NCBI GenBank assembly: GCA_964482715.1
Contig: CAYZYX010000005.1
Location: forward strand, 1 to 60,429
Length of the DNA stretch: 60,429 bases
Reading direction: 5' to 3'
From: an uncultured Clostridia bacterium
GTDB lineage: Bacteria > Aerophobota > Aerophobia > Aerophobales > B3-G15
Part shown: piece after piece, positions 49,571 to 58,363 of the stretch
Layout: every line of letters begins with the position of its first letter
Numbering within the stretch: the stretch's first letter is position 1
Translations under genes and position numbers: made by a program
Notes under the pieces: model-generated
Databases searched by the model: none
Told to the model about the DNA's origin: nothing
What the model saw: the letters and a program-made list of their open reading frames with translations, nothing else

Positions 49571-50428
49571 TTATTCATAAATTTTACGCATTCTACCGAA
49601 AAATTGAACAACAACGATCATCACTATTAAAAGAAGCAAAAAAGCCATGGCAGAACCATGGCCAAAATCAAAGTACTTTATAGATGTGCGGTAGTTTAAT
49701 ACACAGTATATCTCAGTTGTTCTGCCAGGCCCTCCTTCAGTTAAGCTGAAGACAAGTCCAAATTGTTTAAAAGCTTCTATAAGACGTAAAAGTAATGCAA
49801 TGGTGAAGGCTGGCAAAATTGAAGGAAAGGTAATATATCTGAAAATTTGAAACTCTGAGGCAGTATCAAGACTTGCTGCTTCATACATCTCTTCCGGAAC
49901 AGACTGTATAGCAGCAAGCAGAATTATGAAAGCAAAAGGAGTCCATCTCCATATATCAAGTAAAAGAATAGCCACCGTAGCCCAGAAACCGGTTGAGAGC
50001 CAGGGAACCTGGGTACCAAAAAAACTCAGAAAGTAATTAATGGGACCTCCTGTCTCATGAAACATGGTTACTCCAAGATAGCCCACCGCTACTCCTGTGG
50101 TGAAAAGAGGGGAGGTAAAAATGGTACGGAATACTGCCTTGCCCTTCAGTTCTCTGGCAAAGACCCAGGCAAATCCAAGGCCAAGAGCCATCTCCACTGG
50201 AACTGCCACACAAACGTAGATAAGCATTACACGAAATGCATTCCAGTAGTCAGGTGATTTAAAAAGATCAATAAAATTCTGAAAACCAACAAACTCACCT
50301 ACCCCCATACCCAGCCTGTAGGTAAAAAAACTGAGTCGCAGGGAGTCAATAAGTGGGTAGATGGTGAAAATAAGCACCCACACAACTGCGGGTAGCAGGA
50401 AAACAAACTTCATATAACCTTTGCGCAT
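49571..50428 (-). CDS. Carbohydrate ABC permease (MalF-like)
   Basis: DIWRWTPF, EMYEAASLD, TEGGPG. Confidence 0.92.
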   Translation of the reverse strand: MRKGYMKFVFLLPAVVWVLIFTIYPLIDSLRLSFFTYRLGMGVGEFVGFQNFIDLFKSPDYWNAFRVMLIYVCVAVPVEMALGLGFAWVFARELKGKAVFRTIFTSPLFTTGVAVGYLGVTMFHETGGPINYFLSFFGTQVPWLSTGFWATVAILLLDIWRWTPFAFIILLAAIQSVPEEMYEAASLDTASEFQIFRYITFPSILPAFTIALLLRLIEAFKQFGLVFSLTEGGPGRTTEIYCVLNYRTSIKYFDFGHGSAMAFLLLLIVMIVVVQFFGRMRKIYE

Positions 50429-50452
50429 TTTTTCCTGTCCTTTGATTTACTG

Positions 50453-50489
50453 GTAAAAAAGAAGCAGGGGAGAAATTCCCCTGCTTCTT
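50453..50489 (-). terminator. Intrinsic terminator-like hairpin after the third SBP gene
   Basis: AAGAAGCAGGGGA/TCCCCTGCTTCTT stem followed by a T run on the minus strand. Confidence 0.75.
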
Positions 50490-50496
50490 GGTAAAC

Positions 50497-52032
50497 TTAT
50501 CCCTTGTATCCCACAGACTCTCTAAACAGTTTCAACTGTCTTTCTTTACCCAGGCGGTTGGTTATCCTGACAAAATCCTTATAACATTCGTCAAGAGCTT
50601 CTTCAGGAGAGAGCTCTCCGGATGCCGCCTTTCCAAGAGCAAAGTCTAAAGCTCTCCAGTATTCTTCTCCACCAGGAATTCTTAGATAGAGTATCTGGAG
50701 AGGGTTGGTAAAGTCTATGTAATAAGCATCGGTGTAAGGTTTCACATCGTGAGGATCCCAGCCCTGTTCTACATAATCTTCAATTGAAGCTGTTCCATAA
50801 GGAGGCAGGAAGGCAAAGGTTCTTCCTGGATCAACTCCGGTCCATCCTCGAGTAAAGTTCCAGAAGGCGTTTTCCTTAACAGCCATAAAGGCACAGTAGT
50901 CGTAGGTTGCTTCAGGGTGCTTAGAATAGCGGGAAATAACTGGATGCCAGCTTCCACCTGTGGTATTACCGACCTGGATAACCTTATCGTACTTTTTCCA
51001 CACCTTCTTTATGGGATTATAAACTTCATATCTTCCAGGCATGGGAGTAGCACCAACTTTCCCCTTTACCCTTGATTCTTTGGGATCCTGGGCCAAAGCT
51101 CCTAAGTCACCCCAGGTGAAACAGAAAATAGCATCTCCTTTAAGGAAAAGATCCCATCCTTCACCAAGAGTCCAGGCCAACATAGCTCTTGGCCCGTAAT
51201 TTACCATTTCCACCATATCTTCCATGGCTTTCAGGTGTCCTTCAGAATTTATCAGAGGTTCCATGTTTTCAGGGTTAAACCAGAAATAGGGATTGTCAGG
51301 AGATATTACATAACAGGCTGCCCAGGAAGCATAGTGGAACATTGCCTGTTCTCCCACTTTAAGATGCATACTGAGTCCATAATCAACTTTTCCATCCTTG
51401 TCCCAATCCCATCCGTTGAAAAATTTGGCGATGTCCAGGAATTGATCGGTAGTTTTAGGAGGAACTGGCAGATCGTATCCAAATTCAGCCTTAAATCTTT
51501 TTCTATATTCAGGATTGGTTAGTATATCCTCACGATAGTAAAGAACCTGTCCATCGTTATCATTGGGAATTCCATACCATTTACCACCCCAGGTCAGAAG
51601 TTTCTTTATAGCTGGAAGAACAGTATCTGGATCCCATTGAGGAAAGCGCGGGTCTTTCATGAACTTCTCAATGGGAATTATGTAAGGTTCAACAGCAGAG
51701 AAGTAATCTCCATAATACCAGGAAGCTGTGAGAAAGGCATCGTATTCTCCCATTCCAGTGATAAGGTCGGTGAATATTTTCTGGTGAAATGCCGCCAGGG
51801 GAACCTCAACTACTTCGACCTTCCCCCCTGTTTCTTTTTCCCACTTCCGACCCAGGATAAAAAGAGGCTGAGAGACAGTTGCTTTTAAGGTCAAAATACG
51901 TACAGTCACACCTTTGTAGGGGTTTGTTGCCAGCCAGGCTTTTCTCTCCGGAGTCATCTCATATGCTGAGACACAGGTTAACCCCAGAAGAGAAAAAGCC
52001 ACAATCAAACCTACAACTTTTTTCCAGCTCAT
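50497..52032 (-). CDS. Sugar ABC solute-binding protein
   Basis: Signal peptide ending CVSA; YYREDI and PVPPKTTDQFLD segments; DWDKDGKVD loop; precedes two permeases. Confidence 0.88.
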   Translation of the reverse strand: MSWKKVVGLIVAFSLLGLTCVSAYEMTPERKAWLATNPYKGVTVRILTLKATVSQPLFILGRKWEKETGGKVEVVEVPLAAFHQKIFTDLITGMGEYDAFLTASWYYGDYFSAVEPYIIPIEKFMKDPRFPQWDPDTVLPAIKKLLTWGGKWYGIPNDNDGQVLYYREDILTNPEYRKRFKAEFGYDLPVPPKTTDQFLDIAKFFNGWDWDKDGKVDYGLSMHLKVGEQAMFHYASWAACYVISPDNPYFWFNPENMEPLINSEGHLKAMEDMVEMVNYGPRAMLAWTLGEGWDLFLKGDAIFCFTWGDLGALAQDPKESRVKGKVGATPMPGRYEVYNPIKKVWKKYDKVIQVGNTTGGSWHPVISRYSKHPEATYDYCAFMAVKENAFWNFTRGWTGVDPGRTFAFLPPYGTASIEDYVEQGWDPHDVKPYTDAYYIDFTNPLQILYLRIPGGEEYWRALDFALGKAASGELSPEEALDECYKDFVRITNRLGKERQLKLFRESVGYKG

Positions 52033-52129
52033 GATTACCCCCTTTTTTCTTTTTTTATATCAGACAAAATAACATCTTTTATTTTTTCCCATCACCTCCT
52101 TTTCATTTTGGTATTATTTTTCAATTTTA

Positions 52130-52158
52130 ACTATACAAAAATTATACGCAGTTGTCAA
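52130..52158 (-). promoter_or_regulatory. Sigma70-type promoter for the third ABC operon
   Basis: Minus strand TTGACA, 17 bp, TATAGT. Confidence 0.72.
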
Positions 52159-52319
52159 TCAAAAGGATAACTGACATTGGAACACTTTTTACCTGCACTT
52201 TTCTCTTCAGGCTCCCGGGCAAAGCAGACGGTCTTGTAAAAGGCATCTCGGGAGTCTCTTATTTATTCTTCGTAAACAAAAGTATCCCACTATCAGAAAG
52301 GATACAGAACACAAATACG

Positions 52320-53066
52320 TTAGTTCTGGCTGCATTTTGACTTTTCAAAAAAAGGTGGAGGAATTTTTTTGTGCCAGGCCTTTTCCATCATACTTTTTAC
52401 TCTGGTTATGTTTTCTTTTGCCAGACTGGTTTTTTGTCCCTCTTCAAGATGAAGAATGATTTCATCAAGTTCCTCATAGGTTATACCCATTTCCTCTTCA
52501 TCGGTTTGCCCATTCCACAGTCCCGCACTTGGAGGTTTTTTAATGATGTACCCGGGAACCCCAATATACCTTGCTATTTCTCTCACTTCCGTTTTTAATA
52601 TGCCCCCTAACGGCAGTATATCAACACCGCCATCCCCATATTTGGTAAAATAACCTACTGCAAGCTCACTTCTGTTACCTGTTCCTATAACGATATAATT
52701 TAAATTATTGGCAAAGTAGTAAAGAGTTATCATTCTGAGTCTTGGCTTTAAATTGGCTTGAGCTAACTTATTTCCTGAGGGAAGAATCTCCTTAAATTTA
52801 TCGTAGACTGGCTCAAGAGGAATGAGCCTGGTGTTAATTTTAAACTTTTTTGCAACATCCCGTGCACATTGAATATCAAAAGGATCGTTGTAACACGGCA
52901 TAATAAGTGCCAAAACATCGTTTCCCAGTGCCTGTTTGCACAGTCCGCCCACTACTGCTGAATCTACGCCTCCACTCAGTCCAAAAACTCCTCCTCTGGC
53001 TCCAGCCTCTTTAACCTTTTCCTTTATCCATTCAACGATTTTTATGCACAGCCTGGCAATTGTCAT
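52320..53066 (-). CDS. nadE: NH3-dependent NAD+ synthetase
   Basis: GLSGGVDS, NLKPRLRM, GYFTKYGDGG, PSAGL, QTDE; no glutaminase domain. Confidence 0.96.
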   Translation of the reverse strand: MTIARLCIKIVEWIKEKVKEAGARGGVFGLSGGVDSAVVGGLCKQALGNDVLALIMPCYNDPFDIQCARDVAKKFKINTRLIPLEPVYDKFKEILPSGNKLAQANLKPRLRMITLYYFANNLNYIVIGTGNRSELAVGYFTKYGDGGVDILPLGGILKTEVREIARYIGVPGYIIKKPPSAGLWNGQTDEEEMGITYEELDEIILHLEEGQKTSLAKENITRVKSMMEKAWHKKIPPPFFEKSKCSQN

Positions 53067-53560
53067 TGCAGTTTTTCCTTTAATTGCAGTTTTTCCTTTA
53101 ACTCCTTATAGGTCATCTCTAAGGCTTCTGGAATTACTTTAGTCTCAGAGAAAATAGGCATAAAGTTGTAATCCCCTGTCCAGCGAGGAACAAGATGAAG
53201 ATGGATATGATCAATAATTCCGGCTCCTGCTGCTTTTCCCAGGTTTATACCGATATTGAAACCTTCAGGATGTAGGGTTTCTTTCAGGATTTTTATCATT
53301 TTACGTAACAGTTCCATCATTTCCAGACTTTCCTCAGAGTTTAACTGTTCCACAGATGGTATATGTCGATAAGGAGCAATCATCAAATGGCCATTATTAT
53401 AAGGAAAGCGATTTAATATGACAAAACAGAATTTTCCTCTCAAAAGTATATAATTTTTTTCGTCTTCATTTTCCTTTGGTTTTTTACAAAATATACACCC
53501 TTCTTCCTTTTCCTCCTGCCTTACATACCTGGAACGCCAGGGAGCCCATAGTCTATACAT
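53063..53560 (-). CDS. HIT family hydrolase (Fhit/Ap4A phosphorylase-like)
   Basis: LWAPWR, CIFC, PYNNGH, HIHLHLVPR. Confidence 0.92.
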   Translation of the reverse strand: MYRLWAPWRSRYVRQEEKEEGCIFCKKPKENEDEKNYILLRGKFCFVILNRFPYNNGHLMIAPYRHIPSVEQLNSEESLEMMELLRKMIKILKETLHPEGFNIGINLGKAAGAGIIDHIHLHLVPRWTGDYNFMPIFSETKVIPEALEMTYKELKEKLQLKEKLQ

Positions 53561-53623
53561 TTTTACACCTTAGATGTAAAAAATAACAAAATCAGTTTAT
53601 TTTGTCAATTTTAAGGAGTGGAT

Positions 53624-53908
53624 TTAAAAGATCTCTTTCAGTGACAATTTCCATAGCCATATTTCATCGGCAGGAAATCTTTTTCGGAGAGTATCTATCT
53701 TTTTCTTAAATTCCTGTTCTTTTTCTTTTTCTATGAGGGCAAGGATACAGTGATATAATCCTGGCCAGACATGATTTCCCATATGTTTTTCCTTCCATTT
53801 TCCCTTTACTCTATCCCACTGAATATATCGGTCAATATGGAGTTCTTCCACGATGACCATTACTTCTTTTTCCAGAACTTCTTCATATACGATAAAGAAA
53901 AGATACAT
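53624..53908 (-). CDS. Small PII-like RND-associated protein (PG0541-like)
   Basis: 94 aa; HMGNHVWPG motif; last gene of the RND operon. Confidence 0.65.
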   Translation of the reverse strand: MYLFFIVYEEVLEKEVMVIVEELHIDRYIQWDRVKGKWKEKHMGNHVWPGLYHCILALIEKEKEQEFKKKIDTLRKRFPADEIWLWKLSLKEIF

Positions 53909-53920
53909 TTTTGTTCCCGC

Positions 53921-56900
53921 TTATATTTTTGCCTTTTGTTTTTCTCTTCGCTCCTCAAAAAGGGTATAGATTACTGGTATTATAAGTAAGGTGATAAAGG
54001 TTCCGGCTAAGAGCCCTCCAATAACTGAACGAGCCATAGGAGCCCAGTTTTCAGCTCCCGGTCCTATTTTTAAAGCTAAAGGTATCATAGCCAGTATGGT
54101 GGTCAGAGCAGTCATCAAAACCGGACGAAACCTAATTCTTCCCGCCTCTCTCGCCGCCTCATTGATTTTTTTTCCTCTCAGGCGTAAAAGATTTGTATAA
54201 TCCACGAGCACGATAGAATTATTAACCACAATCCCCACCAGCATTATCACACCTACCATTGAAATTACGCTCAAAGTGGTTCCCGTCAAAAAGAGAATCC
54301 AGATTACGCCTATGAGAGAAAGGGGTATGGTTAGAAAAATGATAAATGGATCTCTTAGAGACTCAAACTCAGAGGCCATGACCATATAAACAAGAAACAT
54401 GGCTACTATTAAGGCATAACCCAACCAGGTCATTGATTTTCGCATATCCTCTCCACTTCCTCCTGCTCTCCAGTAAAATCCAGAGGGAAACTTTACTTTT
54501 GACACTTCGTTTTCCACATCCTTTAACACATCTCCAAGAGGTCTTCCAATTACCCTGAATGAAATATCAGCGATTCTTCGCTGGTTCTTTCTGTAGATTG
54601 TCAGAGGTGCTCGTGTATACTCAACACCAACTAAGTCTTTCAATTTGACATGAACTCCCCGTGGGGTTAAGATCTCAAGCTGGAGGATATCTTCAATTCT
54701 GGACCTGTCTTTTTTTCTCAACCTAACTCTAACGTTGTACTCCTTGCCCTTTTCTTTGTAAGTTGAAGCCACTGAACCCTGAATAGCCGTGTTTATTAGT
54801 TCTGAAACGTAGGAGGTGGAAAGACCGAGGTCGTACAACCTATCTCTTTTGTATCTCAAATTGACCTGAGGTCGTCCTTCCTCTCCCATACTGTTGTTCA
54901 CGTTGATAATTCCCGGTATTTTCTTTATTCTCTCTTCAACTTGGCGTGATATTTCCTGAAGTTTGATCAGGTCATATCCGTAGATTTCAATATTGGCGCC
55001 TGAAGGGTCAAGTCCCCCAATACCGAGGGGAGAAGTGGATCCAATTTCAGCTTCGGGAAGTAGCCTGGTAAGAATATTACGAAGTTCTTTCTCAATCTCC
55101 TGGCTGGTTTTTTCACGTTTGCTGCTATCCACAAGTTCCAGTCTTATACTTCCTGCATGAGACCCTTCACTCATAAAGGCAAGAAAACCTCTTCCACTTC
55201 CCACAGTGGTATACATGGTTTTTACTTCAGGGAAATTTTCTTTTATTATTTTCTCAGCCTTTTTGAAGGTTTTGTCTGTTTCCTCCAGACTCGTCCCCAC
55301 CGGTCTTTTTAATTGGAGATAAATTGAACCCGTGTCCATTTGAGGAAGAAAAGACGTTCCTATAAATTTGAAGAGGATGATCATACTTGTTAAAAAGAGT
55401 GCTGCTATAATAAAAAGAGTTAGTTTGCGGTAAGTTAAACACCAATCAAGCATTTTCTCGTATATTTTGATGGAACTCTCAATAACTTTACCCAGAAAAA
55501 TCGCTAACCTGCCCGTCTGCTTTTTTCCTAAATTACGCATTTTTGAGGTAATTAAGGGTACAAGAGATAAAGCAACGAAAAGAGAAATCCCCAGGGAAAA
55601 AACAACGGTCAAAACTATATCCCTAAACATCTGACCTGCTATTCCGGGAACAAAAAGTATGGGGAAGAACACGCAGATAGTGGTGAGAGTTGAGGCAGTA
55701 ATAGCAGTTGCTACCTCCGAAGATCCAATTATGGCTCCCTGATCCGCAGGTTCACCTTTTTCCCGGTGACGAAATACACTTTCAAGAACAACGATAGAAT
55801 TATCCACAAAAAGCCCAACCCCCAGAGCAAGCCCGCCCATAGAGACTATGTTCATGGTGACATGGAAAATATTCATTATGGCAAAGGTACAGATTATGGA
55901 AACTGGAATGGAAACCAGCACTACCAGGCTGCTTCTGAAAGTGCGGAGGAAAAAGTAAAGAACTGTTGCACATAAAACCACGGCAAGGATGATTGTGTTG
56001 AAAAGATTGGCCATGGATTCTCTGATGGGTTTGGCAGTATCAAAAGTAACCGATAGTTTTACGTCTTTAAGCGTATCTTCAATTTCTTTTAATTTTGAAA
56101 GAACCCGGTCTGAAACTTCTACTGTATTAGCTCCAGACGCTCTGCGTATGGTTATTACCACAGCTGGTTTACCGTTTATGCGTGATATTTGACGTTTCTC
56201 CTCAGTTGCATCTACGACGTCGGCTACATCTTTAATATATATGGGAACCCCATCCTGGTAGGTGATAACAGTATTAGCAATTTGCTCTACACTGGTATAC
56301 TCACCCAATGTTCTTATGGTATATTCAGTTTTCCCTTCCTCTACAATTCCCGCAGGAAATATCACATTTTCTTTTTTTATAGTGCTTAGCAATTGTCCTA
56401 AAGTGATCTTTCTTGAGGTTAGTTTTTCCCTGTCTATCTGAACCTGAATTTCCCTTATTTCTCCACCACCAGTGTCTGCAGCGGCTACCCCTTCGATTCT
56501 TTCCAGAAGAGGTTCCACTTCATCTTCGGCTATTTTTCTAAGTTCTGCCTGACTTTTTTCTCCAGCTAAGCCAATAGCCATAATGGGACTTAAGGTGGGA
56601 TCAAACTTGAATATCAGAGGTTCTTCCGCATCATCAGGAAGATACGACTTGACAAGGTCAACTTTTTCTCTGACGTGTCTTTCAGCTATATCCATATCAG
56701 TGCCCCAGGAGAATTTAGCCATCACCAGAGATATACCTTCTCTTGATTGGGAGGTTAAAGTATCCAGATTTTCCACGGTGGCTATTGTTTCTTCTATGGG
56801 CCTTGTAATAAGAGATTCGATGTCCTCAGGGGAAGCTCCAGAATAAGTGGTTATAACTGCTACAATGGGAAGCTCCAGCTGGGGATAAAGATCCATTTTT

Positions 56901-56995
56901 AATCCCACAAAGGCAACAAGTCCAATCCCCACCAGAGCTATAAATACCATGAAGAAGGTTATCGGTCGCTTGACCGATAAACTGGAAAGCCCCAT
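53921..56995 (-). CDS. RND (AcrB/HAE1-like) efflux permease
   Basis: KRPIT, TM4 GLFVDNSIVVLE, TM10 GIVVNNSIVLVD, RFRPVLMT; 1024 aa. Confidence 0.96.
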   Translation of the reverse strand: MGLSSLSVKRPITFFMVFIALVGIGLVAFVGLKMDLYPQLELPIVAVITTYSGASPEDIESLITRPIEETIATVENLDTLTSQSREGISLVMAKFSWGTDMDIAERHVREKVDLVKSYLPDDAEEPLIFKFDPTLSPIMAIGLAGEKSQAELRKIAEDEVEPLLERIEGVAAADTGGGEIREIQVQIDREKLTSRKITLGQLLSTIKKENVIFPAGIVEEGKTEYTIRTLGEYTSVEQIANTVITYQDGVPIYIKDVADVVDATEEKRQISRINGKPAVVITIRRASGANTVEVSDRVLSKLKEIEDTLKDVKLSVTFDTAKPIRESMANLFNTIILAVVLCATVLYFFLRTFRSSLVVLVSIPVSIICTFAIMNIFHVTMNIVSMGGLALGVGLFVDNSIVVLESVFRHREKGEPADQGAIIGSSEVATAITASTLTTICVFFPILFVPGIAGQMFRDIVLTVVFSLGISLFVALSLVPLITSKMRNLGKKQTGRLAIFLGKVIESSIKIYEKMLDWCLTYRKLTLFIIAALFLTSMIILFKFIGTSFLPQMDTGSIYLQLKRPVGTSLEETDKTFKKAEKIIKENFPEVKTMYTTVGSGRGFLAFMSEGSHAGSIRLELVDSSKREKTSQEIEKELRNILTRLLPEAEIGSTSPLGIGGLDPSGANIEIYGYDLIKLQEISRQVEERIKKIPGIINVNNSMGEEGRPQVNLRYKRDRLYDLGLSTSYVSELINTAIQGSVASTYKEKGKEYNVRVRLRKKDRSRIEDILQLEILTPRGVHVKLKDLVGVEYTRAPLTIYRKNQRRIADISFRVIGRPLGDVLKDVENEVSKVKFPSGFYWRAGGSGEDMRKSMTWLGYALIVAMFLVYMVMASEFESLRDPFIIFLTIPLSLIGVIWILFLTGTTLSVISMVGVIMLVGIVVNNSIVLVDYTNLLRLRGKKINEAAREAGRIRFRPVLMTALTTILAMIPLALKIGPGAENWAPMARSVIGGLLAGTFITLLIIPVIYTLFEERREKQKAKI

Positions 56996-56999
56996 TTTT

Positions 57000-58340
57000 C
57001 TACTTTTCCTCCGTCAGTATGAGTTTCACCCGGGCAAACATCCCCGGCCTTATTTTAAGATCAGGATTGGGAATTTTAACTTCAACTTTTATTTTTCGGC
57101 TAAGGGGATCCATCACGGGGCTTATGTTAATTTCAAGAGGAGTAAAGGTTTTATCAAGATAATTTTCTATCTTAACATTTACTTTTTTAGTTTGAGAGAT
57201 CTGGTCAAGATACTCCTCTCCGATGTGCAGGATTATCTTTACGGAGCTTATATCTACTATGCTTACCAGAGGAGCCTGTGGTCCTACCAGGGAGCCTTCA
57301 TCAGCAAAACGCCCGCTTACAATTCCAAAGATGGGAGCCTTTATAATACAATCTTCAAGACGGGACTTTGCAAGTTCAAGAGCTGCCTGTGCATTTTGGA
57401 CCTGAGCTCTGGCAAGTTCAACATCCCTCTCCCAGAGTTTATCTTCCCAGGAGGTTTTGGCAAGTAAATAGGAAGATCTCGCATTTTCAAGCTGAGCTTT
57501 TGATCCCTGTATTTGAACTTCCCAGCTTTTTGCCTCTTTTAACTTTTCAAGCTTTTCCAGGTTTGCTCTTGCCTGTGCAACATTGGCCTCTGCTATCTGA
57601 ATATCCTCAGCTCTTGCGCCTTTTTTGATAAGTTCAAGGCTTGCTTTTGCTGAGTCAAGTTGGGCCTTTGCAACCTCAAAGGCAAGCTTAGCTTTATCAA
57701 GAGCCTGTTCAGGAATTGCCCCTCTGTTGTAGTCGTCCTCTGCTCTTTGCAGATCCTTTTTCACTGTCTGGAAGTTGGCAAGAGCCTGTTCATAAGCAGC
57801 TTCCACCCGATCGATTTCTTCTTTTCTTGCCCCCTCTTTTGCCTTGGTTAAATTGGCCTCTGCTATTTTTAAGGCAGCTGTTGCCTGAGAAAAACCTGCA
57901 AAAAACTCTGTTTTAGAAGTTGCTGTAGTTAAATCAAGATGTGCCTGTGCGGAAAGAAAAGCAGCCTCTGCAGTCCTTAGATTGTTTTCCGCCTGAATTT
58001 TTGCCAGTGATTTTGCCTTTTCATAATTTGCCCTGGCCGAAATTAAAGCTGCTTCGGCCTGTTTTACCTGAAGAGCAATATCTTTAGAATCTATTCTGGC
58101 AATTACCTGTCCCTTTTCTACCCGGTCTCCGAGCTCCACAAGAATTTCTTCCAATGTCCCACTTACCCTGGGCATTACCTGAACCTGTCTGGCTGGTGCA
58201 ATATCAGCAGTGAGGGATATTTCCTTTGTGGGTTCTTTTTTCTCTTGAGAAGAAATTTCTTCTTCTGCCCACAGAGAAAATGGATTTATCATCAGGAAGA
58301 AAAATGCTATTCCCGTAACTAAAATAATCTTTTTCTTCAT
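57000..58340 (-). CDS. RND membrane fusion protein with a very long alpha-helical hairpin
   Basis: Lipoyl halves MPRVSG..GDRVEKGQ and IKAPIFG; LKIRPGMFARV; about 245 helical residues between them. Confidence 0.9.
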   Translation of the reverse strand: MKKKIILVTGIAFFFLMINPFSLWAEEEISSQEKKEPTKEISLTADIAPARQVQVMPRVSGTLEEILVELGDRVEKGQVIARIDSKDIALQVKQAEAALISARANYEKAKSLAKIQAENNLRTAEAAFLSAQAHLDLTTATSKTEFFAGFSQATAALKIAEANLTKAKEGARKEEIDRVEAAYEQALANFQTVKKDLQRAEDDYNRGAIPEQALDKAKLAFEVAKAQLDSAKASLELIKKGARAEDIQIAEANVAQARANLEKLEKLKEAKSWEVQIQGSKAQLENARSSYLLAKTSWEDKLWERDVELARAQVQNAQAALELAKSRLEDCIIKAPIFGIVSGRFADEGSLVGPQAPLVSIVDISSVKIILHIGEEYLDQISQTKKVNVKIENYLDKTFTPLEINISPVMDPLSRKIKVEVKIPNPDLKIRPGMFARVKLILTEEK

Positions 58341-58363
58341 AGTTTTCCTCCTCTCCTTAACTT

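Noticed and set aside
53921-56995. Non-AcrB proton-relay residues (DN in TM4, NN in TM10) as a novelty
   Set aside because: This pattern is common in a large RND subfamily
56949-57467. 172-aa ORF antisense to the MFP/RND junction (also 19896-20405, 12292-12750, 16194-16589 and other opposite-strand or alternate-frame ORFs)
   Set aside because: They lie inside well-supported genes, have no recognisable motifs or SD, and are expected shadow ORFs
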